Made by a program: the position numbers and the translations under genes | DNA from: Marsupella aquatica | Lineage: Eukaryota; Plantae; Marchantiophyta | Assembly (NCBI GenBank): GCA_973895155.1 | Contig: OZ316894.1 | Location: 1,690,457 to 1,754,456 of the forward strand | Direction: 5' to 3' | Length of the DNA stretch: 64,000 nt | The notes under the pieces: generated by a model | Database searches by the model: none | What the model was told of the DNA's origin: nothing | What the model saw: only the letters and a program-made list of their open reading frames with translations | Part shown: positions 26,977-37,537 of the stretch, piece after piece | How positions within the stretch are numbered: position 1 is the stretch's first letter | How the letters are laid out: every line of letters begins with the position of its first letter

Positions 26977-28051
26977 AGGAGCGCTTGGGTTAGAACCGCC
27001 CTCGGCAAGGGTCTTTTGGAACTATGGATCTTCTGCAAGAAACTCTACAGTTGCTTGGCCCTGAACTTCGATCACAATCGGGTCTTTCTTGGGACGCTCA
27101 TCTACATGTAAGCTGTCTAAACTCGCATTCAGCTGTTGCAGCTCTGCCATACAATTGTCACCAAATGTGCAATCATTCGAGGAACTACTCATTGTGTCGT
27201 CAACGATAGCAGCGCCTTTCATCATTGACATCCCTATGCTAAATGATGGCCTGTCCATCCAAATCAACAATGCACAAACTAGGAGGTCCTCCAACAGCTT
27301 CAATTCACCAACCTGCAGTTGCATATGGACAGTCCATGGCAATAGCAGTTAGAGCAGATAAAGCGACAATGACCAGATTGCACATAAGAAAATGAGTTAG
27401 CAAGCATAGCAAGACAAATGTGACCCGGCCCTCTCAGCGCCTCTGGCCCGCCAACCTCCACATACGTGTACAATCCATGGCTGGAATCGGCAGCAAGAAC
27501 CGATGGCAAGAGCATTCAACTCGTCCTCCAATGCTTCTCGCTCGGCACCCTGTAGGCGCACACAACTATCCATGAATTTAGACCAAACAACGTCATCAAA
27601 CGGAGAATGCGACATGATTTATCAACATAAACCAATGCACAAACAAATCTGCAAGCAATAGTGTGACCCAGCCCTCCAACACCTCCGGCTCGCCAACCTC
27701 CAGTCGCGCATCAACAAGGTAATATGCAGCAATGTGAGTAGCGAAATCAATCAATCTCCCGATAGTGAGCCGCTGGCAACACGAAGTATACACGACAACT
27801 CAAGAGCGCAGTGCACCGGGAGCACAACACCAATCTACAAATCTACGGAACATCTGCGACATAATGACAAATACCTGAATAGTGAGCGCCATATAGCTGG
27901 CGGCCTCTGGTTGGCATTTGACCTAAGCCGTTCGATTAGCCCGCCCTAGCTCCTTTCAATCGGAGCTGTCCATCAGTTTTCACGACCCTGACACAGCACG
28001 ACGCTTGGAAGGCCATCCATTCCTCCCGATGTAATCTCCGTCGTTCGTTTT

Positions 28052-28199
28052 GATCCTTAACGTTGATTAGGGGCTCGGCCCTCCCCATAATGGGGTACGG
28101 GTCTACGCGTATGCGTCGGCCCACAGGGCCTCCACATACGCTCGACCGTATACCCCATTATGGGACGGGTAGAGCCCTTAATCCTATACGTTTTGGGAT
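28052..28199. repeat. Long imperfect palindrome (~60-bp arms)
   Basis: GATTAGGGGCTCGGCCCTCCCCATAATGGGGTACGGGTCTACGCGTATG pairs with CATACGCTCGACCGTATACCCCATTATGGGACGGGTAGAGCCCTTAATC. Confidence 0.85.
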
Positions 28200-30038
28200 G
28201 GCATCAAAGCCCTCCCGCCCTTCCCTCGCCGCTACTCGCCTACTCTCTCAGTGGCACACTCCATGATCCAGCAGAGCCTCAGAACTTCCCGGTATGCCAC
28301 CGGATAGGGTTGTGCATCGCCTCTGAACATTGAGGATATCTGCAAAGAGATGTGGTCGGCTCGGCTCTCCCTCTCTTGGACTTTTCTTCCCTTTTTACTT
28401 TTGCTGTTCTCTAACAGGTTCGACAGGAAGTTTTCGAAACAACAATAGGACAAACCGACTATCCGTTAAATTCCACTGCGAGGATCTACCGTAGATTTTT
28501 TAGAATTTAGTTCAGGTTCGGATCTCCGGAAGACCATGGCCGTGTCTTTTGGTCAATCGATTGACTAGAACACTTTTACAGAGCATGGTCGGATAGGGGA
28601 ATCTTTAGTTTTGGATTTATAAACTTTTTGTAGGTCCGCCTGCGACCAAAGGCTGCAGATTGATGGTGAAAGTTAGACGAGGTTAGGCGTCTAGCTTGAA
28701 CAGGGAAGCAAGATACTGGCCTTGTGTTGACGAAGTACACTTCCTGTTTTAACTGCAGGCTCTAGAGTATCCATCCTGTCGAAGGCCTAATCGATATCCA
28801 TCCTGTAGAAGGCCTAATCGATACGTGAGTTCACAGAGTTGAGGACAAACAAGGGAACGCATTTAAGTAGGCGAAACGAGACCAGACTGAGAAAATACAA
28901 GGTCGGACGACAGCCATACACCCAGTTAAGCTCCTATTGAGGCAAGCTAATCGTCTCTTCAACTCAAACTCAACATTTCCGAGCTGCACTTTGGGTACGT
29001 TTGATAGGTTTTCGTGGTTGCCTGCAGTCGGTGCTTCTCTCGGTAAAAATGCTTTGTTGAGGTATTTTGTTACCCACCTTTGCATGAATGGGAGGTGCTG
29101 AGGTCTTCGGTTTTCAGATCTCCCGTGTCAGTGAAGGCCGCAAGTGCAATTTGACGGAATCTATGGATCGCGTAGGAAGTGTGAACTCTACTTAGTGGAT
29201 TTCAGTGGAAACTTTGCCTTCTGTTTGGTCCCGGGGTATTGCATATTGCTTGGAAGAAAGTGAGGTCAATTTTAATTCTGCACGGACAGATCTGATAGTC
29301 CAAGGCCTTTTTGTCCAGTTCTGGTAGTCCTGCTTGTCTAGCTTCTTATGGACTCACTTGTAGCTCTGCACTCTTCAACTGCTCAGCGATGATGAACAAA
29401 GAAACCAGACTTTTCTTTCCCCACTCCATTTTCACAGATACTAAGAAAGTTTTCTGGGTTTTGCCACCCTCGAACCCAGGTCCTCAACACCCGCGGCTAC
29501 TAGTGTGAAGTTGAAGACTTTACTCTTGCACCTAACGCTAAGTCTTGGGTTACTTTTTGAGTTGACAGGATATCTATCTATGGATCGAAGAGATAGTTCT
29601 CCGGGCTTTGCACTGCATCTTCCGCGGTTCACTAAAAAGGCGACTGACCTCCGTTCTGATCTCCCTTCTATTCATACAGATAGATTCGAGCCTTTAAACT
29701 AATAAAATCTACCAAAGGTGAAAACTATCTCCAGGTTGCAATTGAAATATATATCACCTCCTAACGTTTTTAAGCTCAGAGGCTCCTGGAACCGGCTGGG
29801 CTTGATTAGTAAGTGTGCACTGGGGAATCTGTCCTAACTAACATTGGGCATATCGTTCTATACTTAGATCTGGCAGTTCTTCATTTGATGTACGCTCGAT
29901 CCTACACTGCTAGTGCGGCTCCAGCTTTCGCGTCATAGACATACCAGTGACATTTGTGTGAGGACGCCTCCGAGCTTCGATACTGTTATGGTAATTGTTG
30001 ACCTCTTTCCAATGCGTGCCTGGTCGGACTGCAGATTC

Positions 30039-33000
30039 ATGGCGGTGGTAAGTGAAGTCGTTGCAGTATGCAGTTCAATCCTCGGCATTGTGTCAAAGAT
30101 CGACAATGTCAAGGAAGACTGGTTCACTGCATCAGCCGAGTACCAAAGTGAAGCGGAAATCCTCCGCTCAAGGCTCATCTCCTACGTGGAGCAAGTCCGT
30201 ATCCATCAGCAACCAGTGGATAGTACTATGATGAAGACTTTGAAGAGAGCCGAATCAACATTGAAGAGGGCGGAAGCAAGATTGACCAGCTTGGAAGAAA
30301 GCGTCGACAGCAACCAGTGCTGTTCGCAAATCTGGTGGTTGTATGCAAAGGTGACCATGACCCTTTTCCCAGAGAAATTAGAAAGCACATTGAAGAAGGT
30401 GAACCAGGACCTTGATGGCATCCCCAAGATACTCAAGGACGAACAGGAACTCTCTGGTCTACTGCGAGAAGCAGGCAAGAGTCGAGCCATCTCTACAGTT
30501 GTCCACAATAACGATAATAAATATGTGCCAATAGAAAAGTCACAGTCTGCGGTCATTCAAGCCATTGAAAATTCTGACGGCCCTCCCATGATACTACTGC
30601 ATGGTGGAGTAGGTAAAGGCAAGTCCACTCTTGCCAGATACATGTGTGAGCGCTACGGGCAATTTGGAGAAAAACAAGGCCTCTTTGATCACGTGATTGT
30701 GGTGTCGTGTGCTAATAGCTCCATAATTGATCTTGCCACCAAGCAATATGAAATCTTGGAGCAGCTTAGTCCGGCGAGTTTAACGGAGGAAAGCCGCTCA
30801 AAATCTGGAACTGGAAAATCTGGGGAGAGTATGGGCTCAAAGTCTAGAATTGCAGAAGCTCTGCAAAAGTTCTTCATTGGCAAGAAGGTTTTGATGGTCT
30901 TAGACGACGTTTCAGATAAGGGATTTCTGTACAAAATGTGGGAGGCTGCGAGAGATGGTAAAGATGATAAGATCCTCATCACTTCCCAATTGTCGAACAT
31001 ATGCGATGACTTTAAACATGACTCTTTGCTTATTACGATGGAAGATCCTACCAAAGAGGAAGCGAGACAGATCCTTGCTTCTCTTGTGGGGCTGGAGAGT
31101 AATCGAATTCCTGAGAATATACAGGTTAGTTCCCCTCAAGCACATTTCACCTTGGTCGTTTATTGAGGAGGTACGTGTTTTGTTAAAATGTCCGTTGTAT
31201 TTCTTTTTAATATCTACCAACTAAATTTAGTCCTCACTGTTTTATCTTTGTATGCAGGGGATAGCAGATGAGATGATCAAAGCTACAGCGGGAAATCCCT
31301 TAGCTTTGGCATGTTTGGCAAGTAACTTTGCTTATGCAAAGCATGCTAAAGATAAAACAAAGAAGCGGGATTGGCAAGCTGCTTGGACAGAGTTATCTCA
31401 GTTGCTAGGCAATAAAGCGATGGCTATCGTGGTAGGGCAGAATAGTGAGACTGCAGCTAGAAGCCTGTCGGGTGCTATGAAGATTTGTATAGATTCTCTT
31501 CAAACAGAGGATGCAAAACACACACTGTTCCTAATGTATGCATGTAAAGGAGAATCGGTTCCTGAAGAGGTTCTGCGGATTTTGTGCTCTAGTAAGATGT
31601 CAAATTCTACATTCAAGCGGTCCATAGATGAATTGTCTATGCGAGAGCTACTGAAGCCTACGACTGATACATTAGCATCTAAGATGAACTTGGAGAAGGA
31701 ACCAAATGTCGAGGAGTCTCCTGCATGGTTGCTACAGTCTTTAGTGAAGCTCTTTATGGAAAGGCATCTGGTTGGGAAACAGGAAATGAGTGCAGTGATT
31801 GGGGCCTTGGTTGGCGATGACGAGTTTCCACCTGAGTCGAGCTCCAAATACAAGGTAGAGGACTATGAACAGGAAATAGTGAAGATTACAACCGGGACTG
31901 GAACAGAAACCACGGAGAGTGATGAGATGAGGGTGACAATCGCTCTGTGTGCTCTGTACTTTGACCGCCGCCATACCGATCAAGGCGTGACTCGAGCTGT
32001 GGCTAAGGCTTCCAAAATATCCAATCTTGAAGATTCGGATGAGAACATCAATGATCTGAGGAGGAAGGCGATTGAGCCGTTGATATGGCTTCTCGACAAG
32101 CCTGAAGAGGACGACGAATGGACGAAAAGCGATAAATGCTGTGTGAGGAAGGTAGTGTCCTGTCCCCTTGAGTATGTTCTTTCGTTTGCAACTTATGTCA
32201 GTCCAAATTGAGGTTAGGGAATCATTCGAGTAACTCTAATACTTCGGCACTCACAGATCTAACAGTTCACATGTTTGCGCATGACCGATTGAGTCAAAGT
32301 TTACTAGCCGTACTTTCAGCCATTGTTTGCAGTTGCCACTTCTTTTGAAAATCAAGGACGGTTCTGTGTAAACTATACAAATTCGACTTCTCCCGTGAAA
32401 TTACTGTTTGATAGCACGTGGCTATGAGGTAAACGCAAGTATTATTTATCTTGTAAGTCTACTGTACAGAATAACAATTTAGGTTCTATATGTGATAGTT
32501 TCTAAAATCAGAGGTCGAGTCTAAGAAGCATGATTTCTTAGACGAGCCATGTGTCTTGGTGAACTTTGTTTGCCTTGTTATTTCACATGATTTCTTGGAA
32601 ATCGTAACAGTTCTGATCTATATTAAACCAATCGCGGTTGTTTCAAGTGATGTTGTGTCACTGAATTGTTTTGGACTTGTGAATCACTTACTTTGCAGGT
32701 TGTTCTTGACTACATATGCAAGCGCCAGCTAAACAACGAGAACATCATTTACCTGTTGAAGTTGGCTGCTGGTCCTGCTGTACAGCTGGCCACTCTCAAG
32801 GCTATCGCTCACATTACATCAATAGAAGAAACACCCCTGCTCAAAGAAAACACAGTCCAGTTTTTACAAGCTGTGGTCGACCTTTTGCATTTGAAGGAGG
32901 GTTTACACACTGGCGTTCAAGAGGCGGCCTCTACGGCACTACGTCGTGTTTGTTGGAAGGCCGCGGGTGACAAATCAGCAACCCTTGTTGCTAACATGTC

Positions 33001-35310
33001 GTCTGTTCTGGACGTGTTGGTACACTCCCTTGCCATTCCCGTTTGGGAGTCAGAGGCTTTTGCCGAAAACGCAGCATATGCTTTGAAGGGCTTAGCATTC
33101 TCGGAGGAAGAGGACATTGAACAAATAATTGTGAACAAACAGGACCTACTAGCTAGTCTTGTGAATTGCTTGTCTCAGAATTCCACGCCTAGTTTGCAAA
33201 AAGCCGCAGCAGGGGCTTTGGAAAATCTAGCTTGCACTCAAGATGACGCTGTCAAGCTGAGAATCGCCAATGAAGAAGGGGCTGTAATTGCCCTTGCGAA
33301 TTGCTTGTCGAAGGATGAAAATCCCCACTTACAAATACGAGCAGCAGCGGCTCTACGAAATCTAGCTTCTTCGAACGATGACTTTTGCAAGTTGAGAATC
33401 GTTAATGAGAAGGGGGCTCTAGTTGACCTCGCGAATTGCTTGTCAAAGCATGACAATTGTGAGTTACAAATAAAAGCAGCAGGGCTCCTGCGAAATCTAG
33501 CTTGGACTCTAGATGACTCTCTTAAGTGGAGAATCGCCAATGAGAACGGGGCTCTAGTTGGCCTCGCAAATTGCTTGTCAAAGCATGACAATCGCGAGTT
33601 ACAAATAAAAGCAGCAGGGGTCCTGCGAAATCTAGCTTGGACTCTAGATGACTCTCTCAAGTTGAGAATCGCCAATGAGAAGGGGGCTCTGGTTGGCCTC
33701 GCAAATTGCTTGTCAAAGCATGACAGTCGCGAGTTACAAATAGAAGCTGCCGCGGCTCTGCGAAGTCTAGCTTTTTCAAAAGATGACTCTCTCAAGTCGA
33801 GAATCACCGATGAGAAGGGGGCTCTGGTTGGCCTCGTCAATGTCTTGTCAAAGAATGACAGTCGCCAGTTACAGATACAAGCTGCTGGGGCTCTGCGAAA
33901 TCTAGCTTGGACTCCAGATGACACTCTCAAGTTGAGAATCGCCAATGAGAAGGGGGCTCTAGTTCGACTCGCGAACTGCTTGCGAAAGCGTGACAATTGC
34001 GAGTTACAAATAGAAGCTGCAGGGGCTCTGCGAAATCTAGCTTTTACAAAGGACGACTCTCTCAAGTTGAGAATCGCCAATGAGAATGGGGCTCTGGTTG
34101 GCCTCGTAAATTGCTTGTCACAATGTGCGAACCCTGATGTGCAAAGAGAGGCAACAATAGTGATATCAAACCTAGCTCTTGCTCCAGATGGAAAGGCGAT
34201 CCTTCAAGGAGCGGAAGGTCTGTTGCAGGGCCTTACAAGCTTGGTGGAAGATGACGTGCGTCGGGATATTCGAAGTTCAGCAGTACAAGCGCTGTTTCGA
34301 ATAGACCTGACACTAGCTAAGGAAGTGGGGTTGCTCTCGGCACAACTAGATGGCAAAGCTTTAAGGTATGGTCGTGAATTCTTAATTGATTTCGAGCACA
34401 ACCTAGATTGTATAAAGTTCGATGGAAGGGAACAAGATCATGCAACAAAGTGGCCAGTGTAAAAAAAGAATTCCGTAGTGAGTAACGAAGCTAAGGGCAA
34501 TATCTGTACAGAGGCTAGTTTATCGTGCAGCAAGATACTACACTATACTAACCATTCTGCCTAATCAGCTGACCTGACAAGCTCAGTTGGATAGATAATT
34601 AACCTATACTTGATTCGAGGGTTCAACTAGCGGAAGAGTTCAGAATTTCCAGAATTTGGTAGACCTTTTCCCTCGTTTGTCTCTTGATCTGCCTCGGTTA
34701 GCAGGCAAGCGAATTTGTGGCCAGCATTTTGACGATAAGATTGGGAGTTTTCTTAGCATTGCAGATTCCAGCCGATGATTTATTGTACCATAGTTTGGAA
34801 GCGTCCAAGCCTAGTGGCGTTGGATAGGATAACACAGCTACACTTGAAATATGGTAGTAGCCGGAGTTGAGAAGGGAGGTTGAACATGTTGACATCCAAC
34901 TGCACGTGAATGTTTTGCAGCGTACATTAACTAAGTTTCATATTTGTGCTTGCAGTCATAGAATTTTTGTAAAAGCAAAATTTGGAGACTTTGAAGGGGC
35001 ACTGGATGATGCCAACGAGGCAATCACGATGCCGGATGGCGAGAGGTTTTTTATCTTGCAGGAGAGAGGTGTCTTGAAACGAATGATGGAAGACCTTGAG
35101 GGAGCCCTGGCTGATTTGGAGGAAGGATTAAAACTAGAAACGAATGACTACGAGATGCTGAAGCATCGTGGTTATGTCAAATCCTTGTTAAATGACGTGG
35201 AAGGCGCTCGAGCAGATGCAGAGTGGGCTCTATCGATCCAATCCTCAAGGGATGACAGCGATGACTACTTGGGAGCAACCCCTGTAGAATACTTGGGCTA
35301 CAAGCTGTAG
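30039..35310 (+). CDS. Non-canonical NLR-like STAND protein copy 1: 4-helix/RPW8-like CC + NB-ARC + Armadillo repeats (7 core units) + TPR; 1333 aa
   Basis: Exons 30039-31124, 31258-32151, 32699-34365, 34956-35310, all GT-AG with matching phases (4002 nt). Walker A GGVGKGKST, Walker B KKVLMVLDDV, RNBS-B KILITSQ, GLPL-like GNPLAL. ARM units of type LANCLS..N..LQ..AA..LRNLA. TPR exon GDFEGALDDANEAI / EDLEGALADLEEGL / NDVEGARADAEWAL. Confidence 0.9.
33158..34102 (+). repeat. Seven tandem 135-bp (45-aa) Armadillo repeats with high internal DNA identity
   Basis: Exact 135-bp period with recurring AATTGCTTGTCAAAG...GAGTTACAAATA...CGAAATCTAGCT...AAGTTGAGAATCGCCAATGAG. Confidence 0.95.
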
Positions 35311-36545
35311 CAGTGGAGATTATTACTCGATGTCCGACAGTTACCGGGACTTGTAGATCATTGAATTGCGCCACTCGTAGATTGTTTGTGTGAAGCAGAG
35401 CGGAGCTTGAATGACAGCCATGACATGCGATTCTCTCTGTGGAACTAAAAAGCTTGAAAAAAAGACTTAGTAGCACCATATGTGCAGTCCGGCCCCGCTG
35501 ATGATTCTATTTCTATGTAATATTCAATGGCACGTAATTCAATGGACAGATCTGATCATACTAAGAGCTCAGGCAGCAAGGGTTTCAATACTAAGGACCA
35601 AGAGCCCGCGACGGAAAGTCATCATTCAGCAGCGTAAGGCTCACTTATGGAGACTCAAACATCAATATGTCTAAAGTTTTGTAGTACCTTGTAACTTTTG
35701 TAGCATTATTCTCTTAAGAAAGACAAGAGAATCCCCCTGCTCGTAGGTGGCATTGTGGCTGTTTCCTCCAAAAGCACAGCTTTCGCACTCCATAGAGAAA
35801 CAGAGAGGTGGAAGAAGGTGAAGGACAATAACATAATCATGATGTTGCTGTGCGACTGAAATCTTTTATGTCGTCGTTTCTTGTGGCTAGATGTAGGAAG
35901 AGTTGCAAAATGCGAAGTTATAAACGGTGTCTGCTGGAGCGGGGGTGAGGTTACAAATTCAAGACAAGCTCGCGATTCGATCACTACATTGCCGTGTGAA
36001 TTTAGGAGAAGCATCCAGAAACGTCATTTCCAAATGCAACCAAAGTAGAATAACACTTGAAACGCTGTCGTGACTCGAAATGACCTTCGGAAGAAGCAAG
36101 CTCTGCTAGGTTGACCCCTTTATGGATATATTCTTCCAGAAGTAACGACTGGATCCATAACTCTTTTCTGTTCACGATTTTGTGGGTCCTTGTGAATTCC
36201 AGTATCTGCAGAAGTTGCAGCTCTGGTCTCTATAATCTAAATCTTTCCACACGCATTATGAATCAAACAGGAACTAAGGGTGTTCTCCAGCTGCTTATCT
36301 CTAGGTGGCGTCTACGGTTTCAGTAACTAGCTGTACGTCTTTTGTTCCACAGTCGTAACAAGGACGTTCTCTGTCCCTGTGAAATCAGAAAGGCAGCAAG
36401 CGGCTTCACCGGGCCGGAGGTATCGTGGACCTTTTTCCATGGCGTTTCTGGTCCTACATTTGGTTTACAGTCCACTTCTGTTCAAGCAATATTTGGACGG
36501 GATAGCCTGTGCAACAGGAGGCTTCCATTTCAAGCTTTTTCATTA

Positions 36546-37368
36546 AGGGGGGACTTAAATATAGGCTGTGACTTATTTCCTGGGCAGTGCAAGTTAGGGC
36601 TGGGTTCCATGGGCCAGGGGCAGGGAGTAAGATCACTCCCTCTGACACCCCCTGCGGCCCAAATACCCATATGCCAAGGTGTACATAGTATTTTAAATGT
36701 ATGAGTTTTGACTTTAGAGCCAATGAGAATGCATTGTACTGTCACTATATAGGGGCAGGGGTTGCCCCTTGAATTTAACAGGGAGTGTGAGGGAAAATCA
36801 TACTCCTTACTTCCGTCTTTGTACACTCCTCACTCCCTGGAACAGCTGTGATCTTATTGACTCAAACATGCTGGCACACATGTGCACTCCCAGCCCCATG
36901 GAACCTAGCCCAGATAGGCAACATAGTATGGCAGCCCCCAGGCCAAGTGCGCACAATGTGGTTGCGGGTTTTGACTGTTTCCTGGCGACCATGTGGGTCC
37001 AAACGTCACCTTTGTTTGGTTTTTTTGGAAAGCAGAGCATCTTTCTTGCGCTTGCAGTTCTGGTTTACCTACACCACTTGTTTCCCAATGCGAACAAAAC
37101 CTAAAAGCCATTTTTTTTAAGCTTGTTATATCAGCCTGGGGTCCGCCTTAAACTGCCACCAGCCAAGACAAAAACATGATTACACAGATTTCACCACTTT
37201 TAGTACTTTTTCTCACAATTGTGGAACAAAGCCTCACAATAGAAGAGAGAAATGTAAAAAAGTGAGGAGTTTTGGACACTCCTCCTTTTATATGGCCAGT
37301 GGTGTTTTAAGGGCACACGAGTGGTCATTTTGCAATGAAACCAACCGACCCTAATTTTGAGTCCCCCT
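36546..37368. mobile_element. Probable MITE (~820 bp)
   Basis: Imperfect TIRs AGGGGGGACTTAAATATAGG ... CCTAATTTTGAGTCCCCCT. The TSD is ambiguous (ATT/TTA). Non-coding interior. Confidence 0.5.
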
Positions 37369-37537
37369 ATTTCATCTAATGCCAGCCCCCTAACAGCAGA
37401 ATCTGGAAAATATTAGATATTGTTTGGGCAATCTTTTCATGTTTTTATGCACCATCAACATATATTCAACGCCAACCTCTATTTTCTTGTTTTTATACTA
37501 TAACTTTAAAAATAATGGATCTGACTTGTTTCTTAGC

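Larger units (their letters stand above)
24310..28200 (-). mobile_element. Crypton-like tyrosine-recombinase DNA element B
   Basis: YR gene flanked by a ~70-bp arm at 24312-25043 (split by a MITE) and a palindrome of related arms at 28052-28199. No RT, RNase H or DDE transposase is present. Confidence 0.7.

Noticed and set aside
33238-34080. Long antisense ORFs over the ARM arrays (also 51297-51794, 52073-52741, 52796-53479)
   Set aside because: Shadow frames: one stop-free repeat unit multiplied by tandem duplication. The sense frame has the recognisable ARM fold and splice sites.
34867-35310. TPR ORFs (also 46835-47272, 54126-54407) as independent small genes
   Set aside because: Similarity among copies at the protein level begins at a conserved AG acceptor whose phase matches the upstream donor, so they are better explained as the last exon.
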